Assembly (NCBI RefSeq): GCF_000181795.1
Contig: NW_003526948.1
Location: forward strand, 2,538,331 to 2,594,393
Reading direction: 5' to 3'
DNA from: Trichinella spiralis
Taxonomy: Eukaryota
Length of the DNA: 56,063 nt
Part shown: positions 38,101 through 50,800 of the stretch, in pieces
Layout: each line of letters begins with the position of its first letter
Position numbering within the stretch: position 1 is the stretch's first letter
Notes under the pieces: generated by a model
The model's input: the letters and a program-made list of their open reading frames with translations, nothing else
Told to the model about the DNA's origin: nothing
Databases searched by the model: none
Translations under genes and position numbers: made by a program

Positions 38101-41100
38101 ATGATTTTTAAATGATAATGTGAAATTAATTATTAGATAAAATTTATATCTGTAAGCTTAATAATAACGTTGAGAGTATGGAATTATTTTACGCTTCTCA
38201 ATTAAAGCTGCAAATTGCATTTTTACTTTATTCAAAGAAAAATAATTAAAAAAAAGAATTGAAATATGGTTCATTTGTATTCTACATTTTCAGTGATGCA
38301 TCTCTTTTCATTCCATTCATGTTTCTGTATTAATTTTAATTTTTCCAATTAATATGCAATTTGTTACATGTATTTTGCATTACTGTGTGAAATGGATGGC
38401 ATAATGTTGTTAAGTTTCTAATGAAAAAAGGAATATATATATATTTCATCAGAGAAGCATATGAACAATAATTGCAACTGCAATCTGAGGAAGTTGTTGC
38501 AAGTTGATGGAGTTTTTTATTGTTTTTCGCAATTGTTTTGTTCATTTTTTGAAGATATTCTGAATATTTTCTACATTTTTATTAATACTTTTTTTATTAC
38601 TTTTTTCTATCATTAAATTGCGATACAATTCCAACTCGTGGTGGTGCTCAAAAGCTTTGAGGTTAGTAAAACTGAATCAGTTATCCGTTTCCGATGTGAT
38701 ATTTATTTCGGTTTGATTTTAAATATTGTACCGTTTTTTTTCGAATGGAATTCAGTGATTCTATTTAATATTAATTTTTCTTGATCAACCGATTCCTTTA
38801 AAACGTGTACAATTATTTCAATTAAACATATTTTAAGAAGGGCATTGTGCTTGCTAATTTAAACAATTCTCCATATTGTAAACGGATTTAATTTGATTTA
38901 ATGACATTATAAAACACATTCAAGGATTCTGTGAGTTTTATAAAATGCAAAAATTTGTACAACGAATAATAATGAAACTTTATGTGTGTGATAAACTGGG
39001 CAATTCCCGTATAAAATGCGCGTGTTTTGGCATACTGAGGTTTTATTTGATGTATTTTACGCGGTTCCAAGCAATTTCTGCTTTATTCAACTTAAGCTAA
39101 CGTTTGATCCTGTGACCAACTGCAAACGATGATTGTCACTAATCTGAAAATTGAATTGGCAATTTAGAGCGGATCCGCGATGACGATGCACCCAGCAAAT
39201 TTAAGAACAAACGTTAAGTAGGTTCAGCAGATAAGATCAATCAGGAGAAATGTTCGTTCGATTGGACTGTTGTTGGTCAGGCTTGCAAGTAGCTTCCATT
39301 TTGTCCATTTTACCACTTCTCAGTGTTCTGTGCTTTGCTTAACGAGAAAATCTGCGCGATTTATCTCGCTCGTCAATCGGATACGTTTGATTGGGCACGC
39401 CTGTGTTCAATAGTTGTAAACGATCACCGCGTTGATGGCTAGGCAACACCGCTGCACCCGCTTTCAGCCGACTGATGACGACATTTTTGACAGCAACTAT
39501 TGCATCTTTTAAGATTAATTGTTCATAACTGCCTAATCTAACATTAAGCTCGACGACGATCGCTCTCGACCACAAAAACTTATGCCAATGACCAAGCAGG
39601 CTGTGCTGAACAGACGAATTCGCATAAAAATGTCTTTCTTCTGAAGCTTACCTTTTCCTGTTGGGCACAATGAATGTCTTTTCTTTTGAAATTTCAATTT
39701 TTAAAAAGCAGTATCTTTTTTTCTTTTTATCTTTTCAAGTCATTTTAAAAGAGTTCACTTTTTTAACAGCTAAATCAATCTGCTTCTGGTAATAACCAAC
39801 TGTCATTGCTGTAATTAATTAGCACGAACTGTTAACGCTAAAATGTAAAATTGATATCGTATATTATTCAAATATTAAAAAGTATACAATATTGGACAAG
39901 GAGACGAATGGGATTTCAGTCTAATTTTCAAAACTCCAACAACCTGAAAGCAAGATGTTCTTCATCTACACATACCTATTGAGAATATTGAAGCGAATAA
40001 AACGTTGATGTGATGTTAAATTCAATTGCAAGCTGCGAGCAGTTATTTCGCTTGTGAAAAGCAATCTGAATGTAGTACTTGTTTATTAATTAGCAATCAA
40101 ATTTTTAATGGTGATAAAGTTCTTTTCTTTTTTAAACAACTTTGAAAATAAATTTCAGAAAGTTTTGCACCTTACAATAGTTCATTTGACACTGATGGTA
40201 GTTGTTGAATGAGAGAGGAATTTGGGCTGTATAAAGGACCTGTGATTAGTAAGCAAACAATGAACACAAAAAAATAAAAGTTTTACGTGTTTTGTCAAAG
40301 TAATTTGAATAAAATAATATCAGTAAGGCAAGCAATTTTTCGGTCGTCAATGACCGCACAGTTTGGGCATAGTGTTCGTTGTACTGTTGGCAAATGTTTT
40401 GTTGAAACTGAAATTATTTGAGAAATTCATAATTACTCATAGTGCATAATTCATTGTGTAATAATTGTTATCAGAAAAAAAACAGAAAAACAGCATCATT
40501 ATCCACTGTAGCAATTACCTTGTAGTGTGTAATTTCATTGATCGTTAATTTCAAGCTTCACAAAATCAAAGCGAGTAATCGATATACACTTGGCACCGTC
40601 TTTAATGCTTCTCATTCTATTTGCAAAGAAAATGAACGAACACTTGAAAGAAAGCGTTGTTGTGAAAAATTTTCATTTCTACAAATAAATATACTTATTG
40701 TTTTGTTTAAAGTTTGTTATAATAGAAAATAGCCTTTGTTTATAATATTGAAAAGCTTTACAACAATGTGCGTGAAATTAAATAAGTGCAAGTAAACTAC
40801 AGTTTTATTTTTTGAACAATTATTATTACAACAGTAAAATTTAAATAAATTGAAAGTAGCAGTTGAATGAATGTGAGAATTAATAGTCTGAAATTATGAA
40901 CATAATTGACCCGAAATAGTCTGCTTAAACTTGGTTTTCCACGAGAGTACAAGCTTGATATAGGGAACATGAAAATACTTCAAGACAATTAGCCATGGGC
41001 AGCATCGCTATAAGCTAAGCCGATGTGGCGACGAGCAATTCGCTGAAATATGAATACTCAGTGCAATTGAGTCTGCGTCAAATCAAACCGAAGTCGGTGA

Positions 41101-41805
41101 AACATGTAGATTTCGACAATTAGTATTCACCCCAAACATTGCATCAGGTCGTCAGTTGCTTGCCGTGTTTAATTTGCAAATTACAAATGTAAGATAATTT
41201 TATTGTTATTTCATTAAAACAGTTTTTCAGAGTACATTCTACATTAAAATATTTTTCTATTCTATGCTTCACTAAACAACACTGCATTGATTCTTAATTT
41301 TGTAATTAAATTTGCATACTAGATTATGAAATTCAATGATTGTGTAATAGTCAACGAATAGTTGTTGAATTGAATTTTGCATTTTGAGTGCTAATGCGCG
41401 CACACGCACACCCATTCATACACACACAACACAGCGCCTGTATTCTAAGTTATTAAATATTTCAAGCGTTATCTGTTTTTATTTGGTGCTTTTTCAGTTG
41501 AGAAAATTTAACTAATATCATATTTATTAAGTTTGTGCTTTGCTTTGCTTTAATTTAAATATAAAAGAATTTCACGGATAATCTAATATTTGAAATTAAT
41601 CATCATATAATAAAACTAGTGTTCACAGTTTTTGCATAGTTTATCAGCCAAGATAATAGTTGCAAGTAAAAATTCTCAATGCATATTAAAAGTTGTTTGC
41701 ATCGATAATTTTGTCAGAATTATTTGCATGCAACTGAACGTGTTTTTTAAATTGGCAAAACAACAATCAATTTAAAATATTTTAAATACACTCGGCATGT
41801 TTGCA

Positions 41806-41825
41806 TTGAGCTATGCATAGCTCAA
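41806..41825. repeat. Perfect 20-bp palindrome TTGAGCTATGCATAGCTCAA
   Basis: Read directly; the sequence is its own reverse complement. Confidence 0.9.
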
Positions 41826-44800
41826 ATAATTAGCGTCATAAAAATTTTACGAGTGTCACATTTTGTTCTTAATCTTTAATCTATCATAAGCATTTTTTTC
41901 ATTGCTGAAAAGCAGATATGCAGAAAATTTATTTCAAATAATTCTTTGTGAAATATTGCATATTGATAAATGGAAATATACGTTGAAATGTTTTGAAAAT
42001 TTATATTCTTGTGGAAATTATAAAAACAACAGAAATCAGTACAAGTTCATTGCTCAAATGCACTCGTTTAATGGATACTAGAAAACGAATTCTGCTATTT
42101 TAGCTAAGCAAACGTATATTCGGATCATTTTCAATCATTTTAATGATAATAAAATATCTATTAATATTGTCATTAATGTTTTTTGTTGGCTTTCCATGGT
42201 AATTAATAATTTTCTAACGCTGATAGAACATGTGATTACTGAATTTGAAATGGAAAAAGAAAACATGGTTTCATGTAACAAAATGACACTGGCATAATTA
42301 TTGCTCTGAGCTAATAAACATATGCAAATATGAGTAATAAATTTACCAATTAATGATTCAAAGATTGTGAAAATTTTTTGCACAGACCTTATTTCACAGC
42401 TAATTAACATTCTGTGCAATTGTCGTCAATTAGAGCAAATTTATGCTTGCAACGGCTTACAATTTCTTTCTTTCTTTTTTTTAAGCATATATATATATAT
42501 ATATATTTCAGTTTTTTAATATAAATATATGCAGATATTTGAATTCAATACAGTTTTTTCACGTAACGTTTGTTGTGATTACTAGTGTAATATGTATTAT
42601 TGTTATTCAAGAACATTAATGTAAAACGATGAAGTGTGGATTTTGCTTTGTTCTTTTTGTGTTGATTTTCAAGTCAGGAAAGTATTATTGAATATCTATA
42701 TAACATTTTGCTTAGCTATGATCACAGGACATTTGCATTATTGAATTCATTCAATGAATGCATTGTATTTTTTTACATTTTCTTCTTCTTCTTGTTCGTT
42801 TTTTAAGCTTGACATTGTCAATGAGTTGTGTGCTTGCGTCATGCATTATTCTACACTCTAGGTCATTGAATGTACAAATTAAATCAATCCCCATCAGTGT
42901 GATGAATTGATAATTAGAAAGAAATACTGTACTAATTCACTTATGCAGTTAAATGAGCGAATGCTGACAAAAGAAGAGGAGGAGGAAAGTCTTTATAAAT
43001 TTAGGAAACATGAAATATATCGGCAAATGTATAGCCGTTGATCAACATTTCTTAAATGACCTGCACTTTTATTGAATGATCTGGTCAAGAAGAAAATATC
43101 CAATCAGTGCTTCTAGTTATATATTTGTTGTTTCCGGTTAATTGGACGTCATAGGACTGGGTCATGTTGTTTTCGTAAGCAAATTTTCATTCACTCCGCT
43201 CTGTCAGAGGTTTCTAGCGTGCTCGGCTTTCGTGATCCCCTCCACTGGAAAGCATCTTCAGCGAATAGCATTGAAAATTGTGCTCAAATTAGAAGAGGCG
43301 TTGATGGCCTTTGGCCGGCTCTACTACTATATGCGGACACAGTGAATATTCATATCTGATTGCGGTGCTTCAACGATCAATTGAAGAGAGAGACAGAAAG
43401 AGAGAGAGAGAACGAGAGTCCAGCTCCATCAGTTCTAGTAAATTCTGCTCATCGAGTTCACTTATTGCTGACAAAATGTAAGCAGAGTTTTAAATTGTTT
43501 GCCCAAATTTGGGTAGCTTAGGGCAACCATCCCATCTCAGTATCAAGTACCAGCTGAATTCTTTAAGCGAACTGCTGAATAAATAATCTCACGGCAGCTG
43601 TATGTCCAATCGATTTATTCTTTACCATACAATGCATTATTTATTTGTTTGTTTGTTTGTTTAACGATTAAGTCATCAAGCAGATATTAAGCGGGAATAA
43701 AAAGGAGGAAGCTGAATTTATCACTGTAGGCGTGAAATTCACAATTACTGCTTTTTCACGGTCGCTTTAGCTTGGTGTAATAATAATTGCAAGCATTGCA
43801 TTAATCGATGGCAATAAATTTGTAATTAGCATTCAAGTTTACAGTCCTAATTGCTGAGCTTGCTTCTGACAAATAAGCAGCAAACTGAAACGTAAAACGA
43901 GCTGTTGTTTGTCATGGACCGTTTTCAACGGAATGAACATAGCAGATGCTAACGCGTGAAGTTTTTCACGAGCTGTTGTCATGCGTAGGTTTGAATGGGA
44001 GTTTTCAACCGCCTCATTACAGACTGTTGCTAGTCTATCTAGCAGGCTGCTAAGCTGAGCTGGTTGTAAAGCTGTTTTAACCGTTTTTCAACTTTTCACT
44101 TGCTTTTCACCACCTCACTGCGCGCATATATATATATATATGTCTGTCCTGCGAAAGTGCACTGCTGAGTAAGTTGTGAAACGTTGTGCAAAGTTTCCAA
44201 ATTTTAAATTAAATTTTAATAAAGTATCTATCCACTTTGCTCTGATGTGATCAATTTGCAGCTTATTATTGGAAAATATTTTTACATGAAAAACTTGGAA
44301 TTAAAAGAAGAACGTAGTATACGGGATTAAGAAAAATGATTTACTCTTCTCATTGCCGAGCAATTAAATTTCACCGCGCACCTAAAACATCACAAACTAT
44401 TTGAATTACAATAATATAAATACGGAAGTGGCAGAAATAATGAAAAAGTGCTAAAAAATTTATTGCAAATCACGAATGTATTATTGCATCCGCAACACAA
44501 TCTTTCTCCCTTTTGGCCAGTTCAGCTTTTTTCAGCTTTGCAAACGTTCAAAAGTTTTATTAATTTCTTCTCGAAGCAAATGGATATTGTAAAAAAAAAT
44601 ATAATAAACATATCGATCATAACAATTTTCATCATTCAACACACTAGTTAATAATTGGATTTATTGGTTGAAAATTTTTTAGCATCACAGAAACCACTCT
44701 TCTGGAATGACATCTGAAAGCAGCGCAAGTTTCTTTCTTTTTTATGTAAAGGAATGCTTTTGGCATTCATCTGGCATTTGGATTGATTTTCATTTTTCTT

Positions 44801-47800
44801 GTGCTCTGAAACCTCAACATATTTTTTGCGTTGAAAGAAAAAAAAACATGCTTTGATTGAGTGATGACTCTTTAGAGTTGTCTAGATATTATAAATTGCT
44901 GATACTGGAAAATAGCGTTGCCATTGTAGTTGCCTAAACTGATTCCTCTTATACATATGTATGTCTAAAGCGAAATAATTCGATTAGCTTTTTAATGTAT
45001 ATTATTGAAACAAAATATGAATCAAGATAAAATGTTGGCTACTGACATTCAATTTAAAAAATACGCACAGTTGTGATTATCTTTTATTATTTGTGTAATA
45101 GTTGAATGATTTTTGTAAAAATGAGTTTTAAATTTCATATGCAATATTCAATTTTAATTGAACTTTGCTAATTTATAAAAATCAAAAGACGAATATTTCC
45201 ATGAATGCATGCTGCTGTTATTAAATATTACATGGTATCATGAGAAGAAAAGAACCATCGTCATCTTGTGCGGAATAATTTGAGTATTTTCATTGTAATA
45301 ATATGTATTTGCTTCAGCTTGAACCGAGAACCAGCAGCATAGCTAGTATTCATTCAAAATGGACCATTAATGATCACTTCCATAACAAAAGGAGGCACAT
45401 TTTTAATATATCTTCATAAACCAAGTATTGATCACTTAGAACAATATTGCATGGCAGCTTTGCGTCATTGTGTGTGTGTGAAAATGCGCTCATTTCAGGC
45501 CTGAAAATATAAGAACGGTTCGAATGAAAAGAACTTCTTATTGATGATAGATGATATCTTATCTAAAATAAAGGGAAAGCGATATTCAATGCCAGTTTCA
45601 AGTTTTTCACTTTTTTCTACAACAACTGGGGATTCCATTCGCATCAAAGCGTGACTGTGAGTGATTTCTTTGTAAAAAGAAAGCCAGCCGCTTGATTACG
45701 CTTGAAGCGTTCTCGTTTGTTGCGTAAAGCAGCGTTTGAACGTAGTTATCTATTACAACAATAATCGGAAATCGAAAGCATTGTCGCAGCAGTGTAATAA
45801 TGTCCATGTGGAATCTTTTGTTTTGTAAATAATTACCATGCCGCACGCGAAAACCTTACAGATACTGTCCATCGGAGATTAAAATTCCCCTCAAAACTGA
45901 CAACTGCTGAAATATGAAACTGAATTCGATGTAATTGGATAATATTCTACGCAAAAGTTGTTTTGCGGATGATGAGGAGTATTTTTTCTAATGAGGACTG
46001 AGTGCATCTTTCTAATATACAGATATCGTATTGTTAATCAAGACGCAGCTTGACGTCTTTTGCAAATGCAGCTTTTTCAATTATTTTTTCATCGTTTTGA
46101 AATTCTGTAATTTTCTGTTGCTTTACAATTGTGTTTTTTTTGGGAAAGGTGCGGTGAAACTTTTCGTATATTTAACTGTAAATTTCAACTGTCACTATGT
46201 TTTATTTTTAATCGGTTGTTTTACTAAAAGCTTAAATTAGTCTTTTTAAATTTCGTTTTTGATATCATCAGAATTTATGAAATGCGTTTTATTTTGGTGA
46301 AATGATTTCCATTTTAAGTTTTGAATAATAGCAGCAGTAGTGCAGTGGTAAGAATAATATCTTAATGCGCGATATTGCGATAATGGAAATCGATGCCATA
46401 TCATGAGCTGAGAATGAACCAAAATGCAAGTGTTTATCCCAAAACTAAACGTTGACTTATTATGACATCTATTTTAATGTTGTTAATTTTCTCGGCATTG
46501 TATATTTTGTGCAAGGAATTTATTATGCCGGGATGAAGCCGTTGCTTGCTGGGCCTAATAAAACCATGAATATTTTGATTTGTTTATTCAAATTTATATT
46601 ATTAAATGAACAACAACAGGTGGCATTCATATTTAGCATTACTTCGTGGAGCTGCTCAGCATGTAATGAACATTTCAATAAGATAACTGTGTTACTTTGA
46701 CGTTTGTGAGTATTTTTATTGTTTGATTTTGTAATTATTTTGCTCAGTGAAGAGTTAATATTAAATCCGTCTTGTGATTGAACTTATGCTCCGGTCATCT
46801 TCATCGTTTCCCCAGATAGATTATATGTGACACAATGTCAGAATTCAGAGGAGAATTGACCATCCCAAATGTATGAGAAAAATCGGAAGTTTAACATGCT
46901 ATGAAATAATCGAACTAGATTTGAATTAAATTTTTCAAATGTCAACACGTTGATTGGAATTTGTTTTCTTTAAACGTGAAAATTGGAATAAAATTATCCT
47001 TTTTTAGATTTGCATCTTAATTTAGCATCGCTTTGTATATAATTTCAAAAGCGCTTCTTTTTTCAAAAATTGCAAAATATTAAACACTGGTAAACTTTAT
47101 TTACATATATATATTCCCTTTTGTTTTAGCTTTTTTCATTTTCTTTTATTCAAATTATCGAAGAAAAATTGATTGTAAATTTTTCTTTTAATATACTTTT
47201 GAATTGGATGCGAAATTTGAAATTGATTGTACTATTGTCATATAAATGTGCAAGATGAATGGCGCATGTCTGAAATGTTTCGAAAAGTTAATCACACGAG
47301 AGTAGAAAATATTAAAATTCCATTTTGAGTCACATAAATTTAACCAATCTCCAATAAGTGGCTTTTAAAAGCGGGCCGTTCCAGTGCACCTCCGCAGCGA
47401 TAATCGCTTCACAGTTTTATTTATGATAACAGTTTAAATAATGGAAATTTTTAAAAAATTTCCCATTTTCAGGCAGTGTAGATGTTTATATTCATGTATT
47501 GCGATTGAAGTCCAATATCTATTGAATGATGAAAGCTTTAGGATGCAATTTTTCTGCACAAAAAAGCATTCAACTGTTCAATATAGAGAACGATCGTTTT
47601 TCATTATTTATCCTACGTTGATTATTAAGCTGACGTTGAGTCATGAAAGTGAATTTTAGCAGAAGAATTACTGCAGTGATAGGTTACGTTTTTTCAAAAT
47701 AAAGCACAAGTGTTTACAAATTAGCAGAATTTATGATAATATTTGTACAAAATTGCGGTACAAATTAGCTTCAGAACATGAGTGGGGCACTTCTTTTACA

Positions 47801-50800
47801 CAGCTGTGCAGATGATGGGAAATTTTATGCTTTTCAAAATAAATAAATAGCAATTTTGCAAGTAATGGTAATAGTAACAATATTTTTCAATTTTAAAATG
47901 AGACAAATGAAGTTCCAATGAATGCATATTCAAATTTTAAAAAAGTAAAAGTTTTGTTTGTGTTCAACAAAGCAATGTTGTTTTCTTTTTATTCATAACG
48001 TTTCCTGTGTCATTACTGTTTTAATTGCTCTGCATTTTCCATTCAAATTCATCTTGACAATTATTAAGAAATAGCTTTCAATCAAATTAATAGGTAGGAA
48101 AAAAATTGCTGAAAAATGGTGCAGACCATTTTTTCCACTTTGTGAATAAGCTCGTTATGTGCTATTTCATCAAGTGGAAGCTTTCATTTATTTTTGGTTT
48201 TTCTTTCACATATAATATAGTCCGGTAATTTTTTTTTCGGCCGGGAAAACCAACTTCCATTAGGATTGTATTGTGTTGAAATGGTTATTGTTGAATAAAG
48301 TAGTGCTGGAATAAATTGCTTCGGTTCAATGAAAGGAAATTTTGTCATTAACTTTCGGCATTTGGTCAGTGGTTTTGTTGGCCATTGGCGAGAAAGATGT
48401 CGACCCAATGCAACGCGGGCGGACGATTAATTATGCTGCAATTCACATCAGTAGCCAACTTGACGTGTTTTTTTTCTTCTTTCTTTTTTGACTAGGAAGC
48501 AAGCAGTCGTTGAGTGATTTATTGACTATTTTCATAACTGAATAATAATAATAAGAATAATAATACACTTTGGTATTGTGTGAAAATTAAACCACAATCT
48601 GTTAAGCTGAATTGGGCGTAAGTGAGTGAAGAAGCTATAGATGGGATGGCAAGAAGAGCGAGCCAAAAGTGCCACTCTTTGGCTTAGTTACATTCATTTG
48701 TTGTCGACCAAATTGGAAAGGCTTTTTCTGTGAATATTCAATAAATGCAATTTACAAATTCAACATCTTTGCGGCTGCAACGTTGACTTAACATTAACGT
48801 AAATGTTTTCCGTCAGAATATTCAGCTTGAAATCCGAGTGATAACGTTACGCGCTTTGAATATTTTCTGTTCTTTTTTTCCCTCTCTTTCTCTCTTTGTT
48901 GTTGTTGCTGCATTTATCAGCCCCTTGAATCAGCAGCAACTTTTGGTGAGTATAGTAATATGATGAACAAGTGGGACGGTTTAATTGTTGCATGAATTTC
49001 ATATTTATTTGTAACAGTCAGTTTGCTAATACGAACTGTACCTTCGTATGCAAGATTAATTAATAGTCGAATAATAAATACAGAGGAAAAAAGGATGAAG
49101 AGCATTAATTTACTCCACATTAAATATTTATTTCAATTTGCAATATGCTTATTGAATAGCAAAAGTAAATTTTTGTCGTTAAATGTCCACGTATGCAAAA
49201 TTACTTGAATTGTATGTTGTTGTTTGCTGAAAAGGTGGATGAATTTGAACAGCACTACGGAGAAAAGGATCAAATTTTCTGAGCCACATTTTCCACTGAG
49301 TTTGCTAACAAATGTCGAAGAAACTGTTCACTTTGTTTGTTGTATGCTTTAGTTTCGATTAAAATGAGAAAAAAAAGTTTACTTTTCAAAAATGCCGTGC
49401 ATTCCAAATTATTGCATTACTGTAAAAATCTAGCTTTCGATGGTACAGTTTCCGTTTCCGCATTCTTCGCTATTGTCAATGGACATTTGGGAAAAGTTTA
49501 TGCTCTTCTTTCATTTTTTGTAAATTTACAGTTTGAAGAGAAAATTTCATAGCTAAGGGTTCAAGATTAGCGGTTCCAAGGGTTGATTAGATTTCGTGTA
49601 CATTCAAGCCTAGTTTAATTTTTGCAAATCAAAAGAAATTGTTTAAAAAAATGCTGATTTTCCATTTTGTGGCGCTTGATTTGTTTAACACGAGTTATTA
49701 TTTGGGTTTATTTCATTTATTTGGTGACAAATTAATTAAAAGCAACGTTATCTATGAATTTTGATGGTAAATGGTGAATAATTTTAAAAGTTCATTTTCA
49801 ATGGAATATGACGACAACAACAACGACGACGACGACAGTGACGACGTTGTGCAAAGCACAAATCAAGGCTGTTTCAGTTGGCAGGAAATTTGAGAAAAGC
49901 TATTGCCAGTTAGTTTTGTTTTGCAAATGAGCAAAAGTGAACAATTACGCTTCCGATGAACGAACGCTAAGATGCATACTGACGTGGCGTTTGACGCAAA
50001 TATGCTCGACGGGAAATTTCACAAATAGTTATTTATCCTGTGAAGCAAGTTGGATGGGACAAAATTATCTACTGCTGCTTTTTTTGGCTCGGTCTGCTAC
50101 TCCAGTGGGCTCAGTTCCACTGTCACTTGCCACAGATTTGTGGTAATTGAATTTTCCCACCGACGTACGACCATGAATATGCATTATTTGCAGAGGAAAC
50201 AACAGTTGAAGTTCTTTTTTTTCTGTCTATCTGTGTAGGGTGAGAATTGTTGAAGCTGAAAGCGGCTTTGATTTGGCCAGTACTTTTTCAAATCCCAATT
50301 TGAGAAACAATGTATGTAATCAGAAAACAATGAATTGAAATTGAAAAAAAAAACCCAACCGTACAAGAATCCCATTTTTATTTCAATTTCCATTTCATTG
50401 ACTATTGATGTTATCAGCGAGAAGAAGAAGAAGAAGAAGAAGAAGGGAAAAAAAGAGAGAGAATATGCTTAATAGTACAAATAAAATGCACAATGAAAAT
50501 CATTGGCTGAAAATGAAAAAGAATAGCCAGGCTGGATGAAAAAAGCACATTCAGTGTTCACTGCATTGAAGCTTTTCGTTTCTCTACAAACGGCGTGGGT
50601 TTTTCTCTTTTTTTCTTTCTATTTTTTGCTCTTTATAATACGATAAAGAGCTTTTTGACAGTGGACTGCTTTTGACGTCACTGTTCGGCTTTTTGTTGCT
50701 TCGACATCACATTTGTCATCGGTAATTTGAAACGTCCATTGTAAAAGGTTGCTTTTTTTGGTTTAGGTCACTTTAATTGCGCAACTGGAGCGTCCAGTTA

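Noticed and set aside
44058..44067. AGCTGGTTGT resembling the 3' end of miR-34
   Set aside because: No seed (GGCAGTG) at the right distance and no convincing hairpin.
45517..45526. GGTTCGAAT, tRNA T-loop/B-box-like
   Set aside because: No cloverleaf stems or A-box around it.
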